Shown piece by piece: positions 22,358 through 36,329 of a DNA stretch of 64,000 nucleotides. Source of the stretch: Eukaryota sp. TZLM1-RC. Taxonomy: Eukaryota; Protista; Metamonada: BaSk clade. The stretch spans positions 372,001 to 436,000 of the forward strand of contig JAUPSS010000010.1 of NCBI GenBank assembly GCA_040285825.1. Reading direction: 5' to 3'. The number at the start of each line of letters is the position of its first letter. Within the stretch, counting starts at the first letter, position 1. A program made the position numbers and the translations under genes. Under the pieces are notes generated by a model. That model saw nothing but the letters and a program-made list of their open reading frames with translations, did no database searches and had not been told where the DNA came from.

Positions 22358-25300
22358 TGCTAAATGGTTTACGAAACTGTTGAAAGGAAATGGGAAGAAG
22401 TAGTTTTGTTGTTACTGATACATTAACCTAGTAGACAGACATAAATTCACATGATGACGTGGCACTTGTTCAAAAACAAGTATTTTTATAAATAACGCTC
22501 TCTTTTCTTCTTTTCATCTTTGGTATTTCTGCCTAACGGCATCAGTAATTATTGGTCCTCATTGCAGAAGTTTTCTACACAATTACCACATTCGTCCCTT
22601 GCTTCTATGGAAGTGGGTGATGTTCTGTTGTTCCTACAACAGTGGAAGGTGTACTCTTCTGCTACTTCGAAGAAAAAAGTTTGTTCCAGCAAGGCTCCTC
22701 GTTGACCCCTTCTTGTTAGAATCATTGGTTCTCACAAGAACTGGGGTCGATTCATCCAATGAAATTTTGCTGGATAATTTAAGATCCCCCACTTCGTTTT
22801 TCCTCGTAGGAGGGATTCAACTTGGTGATGTCTAAGTTGAAATTTGAGGTCCGTAAGGGCGACGTTCGTGAACGTATATCCTGCTACCTGGGAGGTTTTT
22901 TCAGGCAAAAGCAGGGCTTCCGGACTCAAAATGCCTGACTCAACCTTAATGATCAGATTCGCCACGAATATTTTTTTTATTAGGATTGCAGAAATTTCTG
23001 ATTTCTCGAATTCGGGACGAGGTATTCCCCGATTTTCCTACATTGGTAAATACCGCAAAGGATCAACTACATGATTGCACGCGAGTTGCTTCTTGGAACA
23101 GGTCTCTAAAGACTGCTTCTGGAAATACTGACTCTGTGCATCAAGCTGGCATGAAGTTTCGTTCATCCCATACGTGTCGCAAATTGACTGACGGGACATG
23201 TTTTAAATGTTATCAGAAAGGCTATCTAGCTCGTCATTGCCCCTCAAACGTTAAGCACGAAGTAAATCATTTACACTACGTGCCTCAATATCTCACAAAT
23301 CGCATATCTTCAATATGCTAAATGGTTTATGAAACTGTTGGAAGGAGATGGGAAGAAGTTACTGATATGATGTAGTTGTTACTGATACACTGACCTAGTA
23401 GACAGACATAAATTCACATGATGACGTGGCACTTGTTCAAAAACAATTATTTTTATAAATAACGCTCTCTTTTCTTCTTTTCATCTTTGGTATTTCTGCC
23501 TAACGGCATCAGTAATTATTGGTCCTCACTGCAGAAGTTTTCTACACAATTACCACATTCGTCCCTTGCTTCTATGGAAGTGGATGATGTTCTGTTGTTC
23601 CTACAACAGTGGAAGGTGTACTCTTCTGCTACTTCGAAGAAAAAGTTTGTTCCAGCAAGGCTCCTCGTTGACCCCTTCTTGTTAGAATCATTGGTTCTCA
23701 CAAGAACTGGGGTCGATTCATCCAATGAAATTTTGCTGGATAATTTAAGATCCCCCACTTCGTTTTCCTCGTAGGAGGGATTCAACTTGGTGATGTCTAA
23801 GTTGAAATTTGAGGTCCGTAAGGGCGACGTTCGTGAACGTATATCCTGCTACCTGGGAGGTTTTTTCAGGCAAAAGCAGGGCTTCCGGACTCAAAATGCC
23901 TGACTCAACCTTAATGATCAGATTCGCCACGAATATTTTTTTTATTAGGATTGCAGAAATTTCTGATTTCTCGAATTCGGGACGAGGTATTCCCCGATTT
24001 TCCTACATTGGTAAATACCGCAAAGGATCAACTACATGATTGCACGCGAGTTGCTTCTTGGAACAGGTCTCTAAAGACTGCTTCTGGAAATACTGACTCT
24101 GTGCATCAAGCTGGCATGAAGTTTCGTTCATCCCATACGTGTCGCAAATTGACTGACGGGACATGTTTTAAATGTTATCAGAAAGGCCATCTAGCTCGTC
24201 ATTGCCCCTCAAACGTTAAGCACGAAGTAAATCATTTACACCACGTGCCTCAATATCTCACAAATCGCATATCTTCATGATGCTAAATGGTTTACGAAAC
24301 TGTTGAAAGGAAATGGGAAGAAGTTACTGATATGATGTAGTTGTTACTGATACACTGACCTAGTAGACAGACATAAATTCACATGATGACGTGGCACTTG
24401 TTCAAAAACAAGTATTTTTATAAATAACGCTCTCTTTTCTTCTTTTCATCTTTGGTATTTCTGCCTAACGGCATCAGTAATTATTGGTCCTCATTGCAGA
24501 AGTTTTCTACACAATTACCACATTCGTCCCTTGCTTCTATGGAAGTGGGTGATGTTCTGTTGTTCCTACAACAGTGGAAGGTGTACTCTTCTGCTACTTC
24601 GAAGAAAAAGTTTGTTCCAGCAAGGCTCCTCGTTGACCCCTTCTTGTTAGAATCATTGGTTCTCACAAGAACTGGGGTCGATTCATCCAATGAAATTTTG
24701 CTGGATAATTTAAGATCCCCCACTTCGTTTTCCTCGTAGGAGGGATTCAACTTGGTGATGTCTAAGTTGAAATTTGAGGTCCGTAAGGGCGACGTTCGTG
24801 AACGTATATCCTGCTACCTGGGAGGTTTTTTTCAGGCAAAAGCAGGGCTTCCGGACTCAAAATGCCTGACTCAACCTTAATGATCAGATTCGCCACGAAT
24901 ATTTTTTTTATTAGGATTGCAGAAATTTCTGATTTCTCGAATTCGGGACGAGGTATTCCCCGATTTTCCTACATTGGTAAATACCGCAAAGGATCAACTA
25001 CATGATTGCACGCGAGTTGCTTCTTGGAACAGGTCTCTAAAGACTGCTTCTGGAAATACTGACTCTGTGCATCAAGCTGGCATGAAGTTTCGTTCATCCC
25101 ATACGTGTCGCAAATTGACTGACGGGACATGTTTTAAATGTTATCAGAAAGGCCATCTAGCTCGTCATTGCCCCTCAAACGTTAAGCACGAAGTAAATCA
25201 TTTTACACCACGTGCCTCAATATCTCACAAATCGCATATCTTCATGATGCTAAATGGTTTACGAAACTGTTGAAAGGAAATGGGAAGAAGTAGTTTTGTT

Positions 25301-28300
25301 GTTACTGATACATTAACCTAGTAGACAGACATAAATTCACATGATGACGTGGCACTTGTTCAAAAACAAGTATTTTTATAAATAACGCTCTCTTTTCTTC
25401 TTTTCATCTTTGGTATTTCTGCCTAACGGCATCAGTAATTATTGGTCCTCATTGCAGAAGTTTTCTACACAATTACCACATTCGTCCCTTGCTTCTATGG
25501 AAGTGGGTGATGTTCTGTTGTTCCTACAACAGTGGAAGGTGTACTCTTCTGCTACTTCGAAGAAAAAGTTTGTTCCAGCAAGGCTCCTCGTTGACCCCTT
25601 CTTGTTAGAATCATTGGTTCTCACAAGAACTGGGGTCGATTCATCCAATGAAATTTTGCTGGATAATTTAAGATCCCCCACTTCGTTTTCCTCGTAGGAG
25701 GGATTCAACTTGGTGATGTCTAAGTTGAAATTTGAGGTCCGTAAGGGCGACGTTCGTGAACGTATATCCTGCTACCTGGGAGGTTTTTTCAGGCAAAAGC
25801 AGGGCTTCCGGACTCAAAATGCCTGACTCAACCTTAATGATCAGATTCGCCACGAATATTTTTTTATTAGGATTGCAGAAATTTCTGATTTCTCGAATTC
25901 GGGACGAGGTATTCCCCGATTTTCCTACATTGGTAAATACCGCAAAGGATCAACTACATGATTGCACGCGAGTTGCTTCTTGGAACAGGTCTCTAAAGAC
26001 TGCTTCTGGAAATACTGACTCTGTGCATCAAGCTGGCATGAAGTTTCGTTCATCCCATACGTGTCGCAAATTGACTGACGGGACATGTTTTTAAATGTTA
26101 TCAGAAAGGCTATCTAGCTCGTCATTGCCCCTCAAACGTTAAGCACGAAGTAAATCATTTACACCACGTGCCTCAATATCTCACAAATCGCATATCTTCA
26201 ATATGCTAAATGGTTTATGAAACTGTTGGAAGGAGATGGGAAGAAGTTACTGATATGATGTAGTTGTTACTGATACACTGACCTAGTAGACAGACATAAA
26301 TTCACATGATGACGTGGCACTTGTTCAAAAACAATTATTTTTATAAATAACGCTCTCTTTTTCTTCTTTTCATCTTTGGTATTTCTGCCTAACGGCATCA
26401 GTAATTATTGGTCCTCACTGCAGAAGTTTTCTACACAATTACCACATTCGTCCCTTGCTTCTATGGAAGTGGATGATGTTCTGTTGTTCCTACAACAGTG
26501 GAAGGTGTACTCTTCTGCTACTTCGAAGAAAAAGTTTGTTCCAGCAAGGCTCCTCGTTGACCCCTTCTTGTTAGAATCATTGGTTCTCACAAGAACTGGG
26601 GTCGATTCATCCAATGAAATTTTGCTGGATAATTTAAGATCCCCCACTTCGTTTTCCTCGTAGGAGGGATTCAACTTGGTGATGTCTAAGTTGAAATTTG
26701 AGGTCCGTAAGGGCGACGTTCGTGAACGTATATCCTGCTACCTGGGAGGTTTTTTTCAGGCAAAAAGCAGGGCTTCCGGACTCAAAATGCCTGACTCAAC
26801 CTTAATGATCAGATTCGCCACGAATATTTTTTTATTAGGATTGCAGAAATTTCTGATTTCTCGAATTCGGGACGAGGTATTCCCCGATTTTCCTACATTG
26901 GTAAATACCGCAAAGGATCAACTACATGATTGCACGCGAGTTGCTTCTTGGAACAGGTCTCTAAAGACTGCTTCTGGAAATACTGACTCTGTGCATCAAG
27001 CTGGCATGAAGTTTCGTTCATCCCATACGTGTCGCAAATTGACTGACGGGACATGTTTTAAATGTTATCAGAAAGGCCATCTAGCTCGTCATTGCCCCTC
27101 AAACGTTAAGCACGAAGTAAATCATTTACACCACGTGCCTCAATATCTCACAAATCGCATATCTTCATGATGCTAAATGGTTTACGAAACTGTTGAAAGG
27201 AAATGGGAAGAAGTAGTTTTGTTGTTACTGATACATTAACCTAGTAGACAGACATAAATTCACATGATGACGTGGCACTTGTTCAAAAACAAGTATTTTT
27301 ATAAATAACGCTCTCTTTTCTTCTTTTCATCTTTGGTATTTCTGCCTAACGGCATCAGTAATTATTGGTCCTCATTGCAGAAGTTTTCTACACAATTACC
27401 ACATTCGTCCCTTGCTTCTATGGAAGTGGGTGATGTTCTGTTGTTCCTACAACAGTGGAAGGTGTACTCTTCTGCTACTTCGAAGAAAAAGTTTGTTCCA
27501 GCAAGGCTCCTCGTTGACCCCTTCTTGTTAGAATCATTGGTTCTCACAAGAACTGGGGTCGATTCATCCAATGAAATTTTGCTGGATAATTTAAGATCCC
27601 CCACTTCGTTTTCCTCGTAGGAGGGATTCAACTTGGTGATGTCTAAGTTGAAATTTGAGGTCCGTAAGGGCGACGTTCGTGAACGTATATCCTGCTACCT
27701 GGGAGGTTTTTTCAGGCAAAAGCAGGGCTTCCGGACTCAAAATGCCTGACTCAACCTTAATGATCAGATTCGCCACGAATATTTTTTTTATTAGGATTGC
27801 AGAAATTTCTGATTTCTCGAATTCGGGACGAGGTATTCCCCGATTTTCCTACATTGGTAAATACCGCAAAGGATCAACTACATGATTGCACGCGAGTTGC
27901 TTCTTGGAACAGGTCTCTAAAGACTGCTTCTGGAAATACTGACTCTGTGCATCAAGCTGGCATGAAGTTTCGTTCATCCCATACGTGTCGCAAATTGACT
28001 GACGGGACATGTTTTAAATGTTATCAGAAAGGCTATCTAGCTCGTCATTGCCCCTCAAACGTTAAGCACGAAGTAAATCATTTACACCACGTGCCTCAAT
28101 ATCTCACAAATCGCATATCTTCAATATGCTAAATGGTTTATGAAACTGTTGGAAGGAGATGGGAAGAAGTTACTGATATGATGTAGTTGTTACTGATACA
28201 CTGACCTAGTAGACAGACATAAATTCACATGATGACGTGGCACTTGTTCAAAAACAATTATTTTTATAAATAACGCTCTCTTTTCTTCTTTTCATCTTTG

Positions 28301-31300
28301 GTATTTCTGCCTAACGGCATCAGTAATTATTGGTCCTCACTGCAGAAGTTTTCTACACAATTACCACATTCGTCCCTTGCTTCTATGGAAGTGGATGATG
28401 TTCTGTTGTTCCTACAACAGTGGAAGGTGTACTCTTCTGCTACTTCGAAGAAAAAGTTTGTTCCAGCAAGGCTCCTCGTTGACCCCTTCTTGTTAGAATC
28501 ATTGGTTCTCACAAGAACTGGGGTCGATTCATCCAATGAAATTTTGCTGGATAATTTAAGATCCCCACTTCGTTTTCCTCGTAGGAGGGATTCAACTTGG
28601 TGATGTCTAAGTTGAAATTTGAGGTCCGTAAGGGCGACGTTCGTGAACGTATATCCTGCTACCTGGGAGGTTTTTTCAGGCAAAAGCAGGGCTTCCGGAC
28701 TCAAAATGCCTGACTCAACCTTAATGATCAGATTCGCCACGAATATTTTTTTATTAGGATTGCAGAAATTTCTGATTTCTCGAATTCGGGACGAGGTATT
28801 CCCCGATTTTCCTACATTGGTAAATACCGCAAAGGATGAACTACATGATTGCACGCGAGTAGCTTCTTGGAACAGGTCTTTAAAGACTGTTTCTGAAAAA
28901 ACTGACTCTGTGCATTAAGCTGGCATGAAGTTTCGTTCATCCCATACGTGTCGCAAATTGACTGACGGGACATGTTTTAAATGTTATCAGAAAGGCCATC
29001 TAGCTCGTCATTGCCCCTCAAACGTTAAGCACGAAGTAAATCATTTACACCACGTGCCTCAATATCTCACAAATCGCATATCTTCATGATGCTAAATGGT
29101 TTATGAAACTGTTGGAAGGAGATGGGAAGAAGTTACTGATATGATGTAGTTGTTACTGATACACTGACCTAGTAGACAGACATAAATTCACATGATGACG
29201 TGGCACTTGTTCAAAAACAAGTATTTTTATAAATAACGCTCTCTTTTCTTCTTTTCATCTTTGGTATTTCTGCCTAACGGCATCAGTAATTATTGGTCCT
29301 CATTGCAGAAGTTTTCTACACAATTACCACATTCGTCCCTTGCTTCTATGGAAGTGGGTGATGTTCTGTTGTTCCTACAACAGTGGAAGGTGTACTCTTC
29401 TGCTACTTCGAAGAAAAAGTTTGTTCCAGCAAGGCTCCTCGTTGACCCCTTCTTGTTAGAATCATTGGTTCTCACAAGAACTGGGGTCGATTCATCCAAT
29501 GAAATTTTGCTGGATAATTTAAGATCCCCCACTTCGTTTTCCTCGTAGGAGGGATTCAACTTGGTGATGTCTAAGTTGAAATTTGAGGTCCGTAAGGGCG
29601 ACGTTCGTGAACGTATATCCTGCTACCTGGGAGGTTTTTTTCAGGCAAAAGCAGGGCTTCCGGACTCAAAATGCCTGACTCAACCTTAATGATCAGATTC
29701 GCCACGAATATTTTTTTTATTAGGATTGCAGAAATTTCTGATTTCTCGAATTCGGGACGAGGTATTCCCCGATTTTCCTACATTGGTAAATACCGCAAAG
29801 GATGAACTACATGATTGCACGCGAGTAGCTTCTTGGAACAGGTCTTTAAAGACTGTTTCTGAAAAACTGACTCTGTGCATTAAGCTGGCATGAAGTTTCG
29901 TTCATCCCATACGTGTCGCAAATTGACTGACGGGACATGTTTTAAATGTTATCAGAAAGGCCATCTAGCTCGTCATTGCCCCTCAAACGTTAAGCACGAA
30001 GTAAATCATTTACACCACGTGCCTCAATATCTCACAAATCGCATATCTTCATGATGCTAAATGGTTTATGAAACTGTTGGAAGGAGATGGGAAGAAGTTA
30101 CTGATATGATGTAGTTGTTACTGATACACTGACCTAGTAGACAGACATAAATTCACATGATGACGTGGCACTTGTTCAAAAACAAGTATTTTTATAAATA
30201 ACGCTCTCTTTTCTTCTTTTCATCTTTGGTATTTCTGCCTAACGGCATCAGTAATTATTGGTCCTCATTGCAGAAGTTTTCTACACAATTACCACATTCG
30301 TCCCTTGCTTCTATGGAAGTGGGTGATGTTCTGTTGTTCCTACAACAGTGGAAGGTGTACTCTTCTGCTACTTCGAAGAAAAAGTTTGTTCCAGCAAGGC
30401 TCCTCGTTGACCCCTTCTTGTTAGAATCATTGGTTCTCACAAGAACTGGGGTCGATTCATCCAATGAAATTTTGCTGGATAATTTAAGATCCCCCACTTC
30501 GTTTTCCTCGTAGGAGGGATTCAACTTGGTGATGTCTAAGTTGAAATTTGAGGTCCGTAAGGGCGACGTTCGTGAACGTATATCCTGCTACCTGGGAGGT
30601 TTTTTCAGGCAAAAGCAGGGCTTCCGGACTCAAAATGCCTGACTCAACCTTAATGATCAGATTCGCCACGAATATTTTTTTTATTAGGATTGCAGAAATT
30701 TCTGATTTCTCGAATTCGGGACGAGGTATTCCCCGATTTTCCTACATTGGTAAATACCGCAAAGGATGAACTACATGATTGCACGCGAGTAGCTTCTTGG
30801 AACAGGTCTTTAAAGACTGTTTCTGAAAAAACTGACTCTGTGCATTAAGCTGGCATGAAGTTTCGTTCATCCCATACGTGTCGCAAATTGACTGACGGGA
30901 CATGTTTTAAATGTTATCAGAAAGGCCATCTAGCTCGTCATTGCCCCTCAAACGTTAAGCACGAAGTAAATCATTTACACCACGTGCCTCAATATCTCAC
31001 AAATCGCATATCTTCATGATGCTAAATGGTTTACGAAACTGTTGAAAGGAAATGGGAAGAAGTAGTTTTGTTGTTACTGATACATTAACCTAGTAGACAG
31101 ACATAAATTCACATGATGACGTGGCACTTGTTCAAAAACAAGTATTTTTATAAATAACGCTCTCTTTTCTTCTTTTCATCTTTGGTATTTCTGCCTAACG
31201 GCATCAGTAATTATTGGTCCTCATTGCAGAAGTTTTCTACACAATTACCACATTCGTCCCTTGCTTCTATGGAAGTGGGTGATGTTCTGTTGTTCCTACA

Positions 31301-34300
31301 ACAGTGGAAGGTGTACTCTTCTGCTACTTCGAAGAAAAAAGTTTGTTCCAGCAAGGCTCCTCGTTGACCCCTTCTTGTTAGAATCATTGGTTCTCACAAG
31401 AACTGGGGTCGATTCATCCAATGAAATTTTGCTGGATAATTTAAGATCCCCCACTTCGTTTTCCTCGTAGGAGGGATTCAACTTGGTGATGTCTAAGTTG
31501 AAATTTGAGGTCCGTAAGGGCGACGTTCGTGAACGTATATCCTGCTACCTGGGAGGTTTTTTCAGGCAAAAGCAGGGCTTCCGGACTCAAAATGCCTGAC
31601 TCAACCTTAATGATCAGATTCGCCACGAATATTTTTTTTATTAGGATTGCAGAAATTTCTCTGATTTCTCGAATTCGGGACGAGGTATTCCCCGATTTTC
31701 CTACATTGGTAAATACCGCAAAGGATCAACTACATGATTGCACGCGAGTTGCTTCTTGGAACAGGTCTCTAAAGACTGCTTCTGGAAATACTGACTCTGT
31801 GCATCAAGCTGGCATGAAGTTTCGTTCATCCAATACGTGTCGCAAATTGACTGACGGGACATGTTTTAAATGTTATCAGAAAGGCCATCTAGCTCGTCAT
31901 TGCCCCTCAAACGTTAAGCACGAAGTAAATCATTTACACCACGTGCCTCAATATCTCACAAATCGCATATCTTCAATATGCTAAATGGTTTATAAAACTG
32001 TTGGAAGGAGATGGGAAGAAGTTACTGATATGATGTAGTTGTTACTGATACACTAACCTAGTAGACAGACATAAATTCACATGATGACGTGGCACTTGTT
32101 CAAAAACAATTATTTTTATAAATAACGCTCTCTTTTCTTCTTTTCATCTTTGGTATTTCTGCCTAACGGCATCAGTAATTATTGGTCCTCACTGCAGAAG
32201 TTTTCTACACAATTACCACATTCGTCCCTTGCTTCTATGGAAGTGGATGATGTTCTGTTGTTCCTACAACAGTGGAAGGTGTACTCTTCTGCTACTTCGA
32301 AGAAAAAGTTTGTTCCAGCAAGGCTCCTCGTTGACCCCTTCTTGTTAGAATCATTGGTTCTCACAAGAACTGGGGTCGATTCATCCAATGAAATTTTGCT
32401 GGATAATTTAAGATCCCCCACTTCGTTTTCCTCGTAGGAGGGATTCAACTTGGTGATGTCTAAGTTGAAATTTGAGGTCCGTAAGGGCGACGTTCGTGAA
32501 CGTATATCCTGCTACCTGGGAGGTTTTTTCAGGCAAAAGCAGGGCTTCCGGACTCAAAATGCCTGACTCAACCTTAATGATCAGATTCGCCACGAATATT
32601 TTTTTTATTAGGATTGCAGAAATTTCTGATTTCTCGAATTCGGGACGAGGTATTCCCCGATTTTCCTACATTGGTAAATACCGCAAAGGATGAACTACAT
32701 GATTGCAGGCGAGTAGCTTCTTGAAACAGGTCTTGAAAGACTGTTTTTGAAAATACTGACTCTGTGCATCAAGCTGGTATGAAGTTTCGTTCATCCCATA
32801 CGTGTCGCAAATTGACTGACGGGACATGTTTTAAATGTTATCAGAAAGGCCATCTAGCTCGTCATTGCCCCTCAAACGTTAAGCACGAAGTAAATCATTT
32901 ACACCACGTGCCTCAATATCTCACAAATCGCATATCTTCATGATGCTAAATGGTTTACGAAACTGTTGAAAGGAAATGGGAAGAAGTAGTTTTGTTGTTA
33001 CTGATACATTAACCTAGTAGACAGACATAAATTCACATGATGACGTGGCACTTGTTCAAAAACAAGTATTTTTATAAATAACGCTCTCTTTTCTTCTTTT
33101 CATCTTTGGTATTTCTGCCTAACGGCATCAGTAATTATTGGTCCTCATTGCAGAAGTTTTCTACACAATTACCACATTCGTCCCTTGCTTCTATGGAAGT
33201 GGATGATGTTCTGTTGTTCCTACAACAGTGGAAGGTGTACTCTTCTGCTACTTCGAAGAAAAAGTTTGTTCCAGCAAGGCTCCTCGTTGACCCCTTCTTG
33301 TTAGAATCATTGGTTCTCACAAGAACTGGGGTCGATTCATCCAATGAAATTTTGCTGGATAATTTAAGATCCCCCACTTCGTTTTCCTCGTAGGAGGGAT
33401 TCAACTTGGTGTTGTCTAAGTTGAAATTTGAGGTCCGTAAGGGCGACGTTCGTGAACGTATATCCTGCTACCTGGGAGGTTTTTTCAGGCAAAAGCAGGG
33501 CTTCCGGACTCAAAATGCCTGACTCAACCTTAATGATCAGATTCGCCACGAATATTTTTTTTATTAGGATTGCAGAAATTTCTGATTTCTCGAATTCGGG
33601 ACGAGGTATTCCCCGATTTTCCTACATTGGTAAATACCGCAAAGGATCAACTACATGATTGCACGCGAGTTGCTTCTTGGAACAGGTCTCTAAAGACTGC
33701 TTCTGGAAATACTGACTCTGTGCATCAAGCTGGCATGAAGTTTCGTTCATCCCATACGTGTCGCAAATTGACTGACGGGACATGTTTTAAATGTTATCAG
33801 AAAGGCCATCTAGCTCGTCATTGCCCCTCAAACGTTAAGCACGAAGTAAATCATTTACACCACGTGCCTCAATATCTCACAAATCGCATATCTTCAATAT
33901 GCTAAATGGTTTATGAAACTGTTGGAAGGAGATGGGAAGAAGTTACTGATATGATGTAGTTGTTACTGATACACTAACCTAGTAGACAGACATAAATTCA
34001 CATGATGACGTGGCACTTGTTCAAAAACAATTATTTTTATAAATAACGCTCTCTTTTCTTCTTTTCATCTTTGGTATTTCTGCCTAACGGCATCAGTAAT
34101 TATTGGTCCTCATTGCAGAAGTTTTCTACACAATTACCACATTCGTCCCTTGCTTCTATGGAAGTGGATGATGTTCTGTTGTTCCTACAACAGTGGAAGG
34201 TGTACTCTTCTGCTACTTCGAAGAAAAAGTTTGTTCCAGCAAGGCTCCTCGTTGACCCCTTCTTGTTAGAATCATTGGTTCTCACAAGAACTGGGGTCGA

Positions 34301-35129
34301 TTCATCCAATGAAATTTTGCTGGATAATTTAGGATCCCCCACTTCGTTTTCCTCGTAGGAGGGATTCAACTTGGTGATGTCTAAGTTGAAATTTGAGGTC
34401 CGTAAGGGCGACGTTCGTGAACGTATATCCTGCTACCTGGGAGGTTTTTTCAGGCAAAAGCAGGGCTTCCGGACTCAAAATGCCTGACTCAACCTTAATG
34501 ATCAGATTCGCCACGAATATTTTTTTTATTAGGATTGCAGAAATTTCTGATTTCTCGAATTCGGGACGAGGTATTCCCCGATTTTCCTACATTGGTAAAT
34601 ACCGCAAAGGATGAACTACATGATTGCAGGCGAGTAGCTTCTTGAAACAGGTCTTGAAAGACTGTTTTTGAAAATACTGACTCTGTGCATCAAGCTGGCA
34701 TGAAGTTTCGTTCATCCCATACGTGTCGCAAATTGACTGACGGGACATGTTTTAAATGTTATCAGAAAGGCCATCTAGCTCGTCATTGCCCCTCAAATGT
34801 TAAGCACGAAGTAAATCATTTACACCACGTGCCTCAATATCTCACAAATCGCATATCTTCATTATGCTAAATGGTTTACGAAACTGTTGAAAGGAAATGG
34901 GAAGAAGTATTTTGTTGTTACCGATACATTAACCTAGTAGACAGACGTGAATTCACATGATGACGTGGCACTTGTTCAAAAACAAGTATTTTTATAAATA
35001 ACGCTCTCTTTTCTTCTTTTCATCTTTGGTATAAATCATTTAAATGTTGATTTATAGGTTTTTAATAAAATTGATAATTACAAAAATGTTCATTATTCTT
35101 TGATTTGAATACTTTTATCAACTACCTGT

Positions 35130-35500
35130 ATCTCCGTTTTCTAGTTCATATGCCTGATGCATGTCTTTAGGAATCAACATTTTGAAAATATAATAAAGAC
35201 AACGAATTAGCTAATACTGATGTAGAACAGACCACATATTTTAATGCTCTGCCATTTCCTCTGAACGGAAGGCTGTCAGTAGAAGCAGGAGAACTTTTCA
35301 ATGATTTCTAAAAATTGGTTCTAGAAAAAACGACGAAGATGTTTGATGTCTTTTTGTGGCGTTCACTCAATTAAATAATATTTAATCGCATATTTAAATA
35401 ATAGATTTCATCAGTTATCTGATCGAATAAGAGAGGCAATGGCAAGAAAACAAGCAGATCAGGATTTTGGAAAGGAAATGTTGCTTAAATTTCGGCCCAT
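35130..35500 (+). mobile_element. Degenerate RLE element family R1 3' fragment
   Basis: PFPLNGRLSVEA, FDVFLWRS and RIREAMARKQADQDF match 37330-37570. Confidence 0.7.
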
Positions 35501-35801
35501 TAGTTCTGATTTGATTTAGTTTGTAGTTTAACCAAAAATAGATCAAAATTTTTTTGCGTCAATAAAACATATTGAATATGAATATATGAATTATGATTTG
35601 TGCGTCTATTATTTTATTGAAAAAACAAAACTGAACACAGTTCGGCGGCTGTTCCATTCTAATTCAATGAATGATAAGTCAAACGATTAGGATATTCCTG
35701 AACGTTCAAAAGGGATTGGTTTACTTTTATCTAGCATTTTGTCGTTATCATTATCACCTCGGTTATCATTATCACAATTGGTGTTCATCCCAACGTTTTC
35801 A

Positions 35802-36300
35802 ATGTTTAATTTCTTCTGTTTCAAGTTCAATCAGCGAAGAGAGTCTTTGCCTCAATCTCTATTCTCAGTTTTGCTGTTGTATTCATCTTGTTGTCTAATT
35901 CATATCATTATTCTGAGGATACTGTGCCATATCTGTCACAGTATTCAAACACAGGAGAGCAACAAGACTTCATTGCTGATTCTCCATTATCAGAACCTTC
36001 ATTTGAACCCAAGCCCTATAACAGTCTCCCAGTACATCTGGTTTGCACTAATGAACACTGTTCATTCAATTTCCTTAATTGGATCCAAATACGGTCTGTA
36101 CAATCCTTTATCAATCCTACGCAGATTTACCTCCATGTGTTTGGAGATCCAATAGAGAACTACTGGTATAACAAAGTATCTGATAGTCTCTCTCTTGTTT
36201 ACCATAACAAAACCTACTATGACAGCATCAATCCTTCTGAATTTCAAGATATGACCCTTGCTGCTCCTGATCCAGGAAAATCTGATCTACTCTATTTTTC
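35802..36300 (+). pseudogene. 5' half of a GT32-like (DxD-family) glycosyltransferase, truncated by an RLE element
   Basis: ATG at 35802 with a frameshift at AGAGAG before the TM segment. VHLV...FNFLNWIQIRSV...NP.QIYLH....P..NYW resembles GT32 N-termini. The DxD region is absent. Confidence 0.55.
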
Positions 36301-36329
36301 TGCCAATTTAGGTACTGGAATGACTCATT

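Larger units (their letters stand above)
21126..35032 (+). repeat. Tandem array of about 14.5 copies of a ~960-bp gag-only LTR retroelement with shared LTRs
   Basis: Equivalent positions at 21564, 22520, 23487, 24452, 25410, 26376, 27333, 28298, 29261, 30226, 31182, 32150, 33106, 34071 (period 956-968). Each unit is LTR, palindrome, gag with CFKCYQKGHLARHC, then PPT. Confidence 0.95.

Noticed and set aside
21126-35032. CRISPR-like or rDNA/snRNA array
   Set aside because: Units are ~960 bp, near-identical throughout with no unique spacers, and encode gag. No rRNA or snRNA motifs were recognised.
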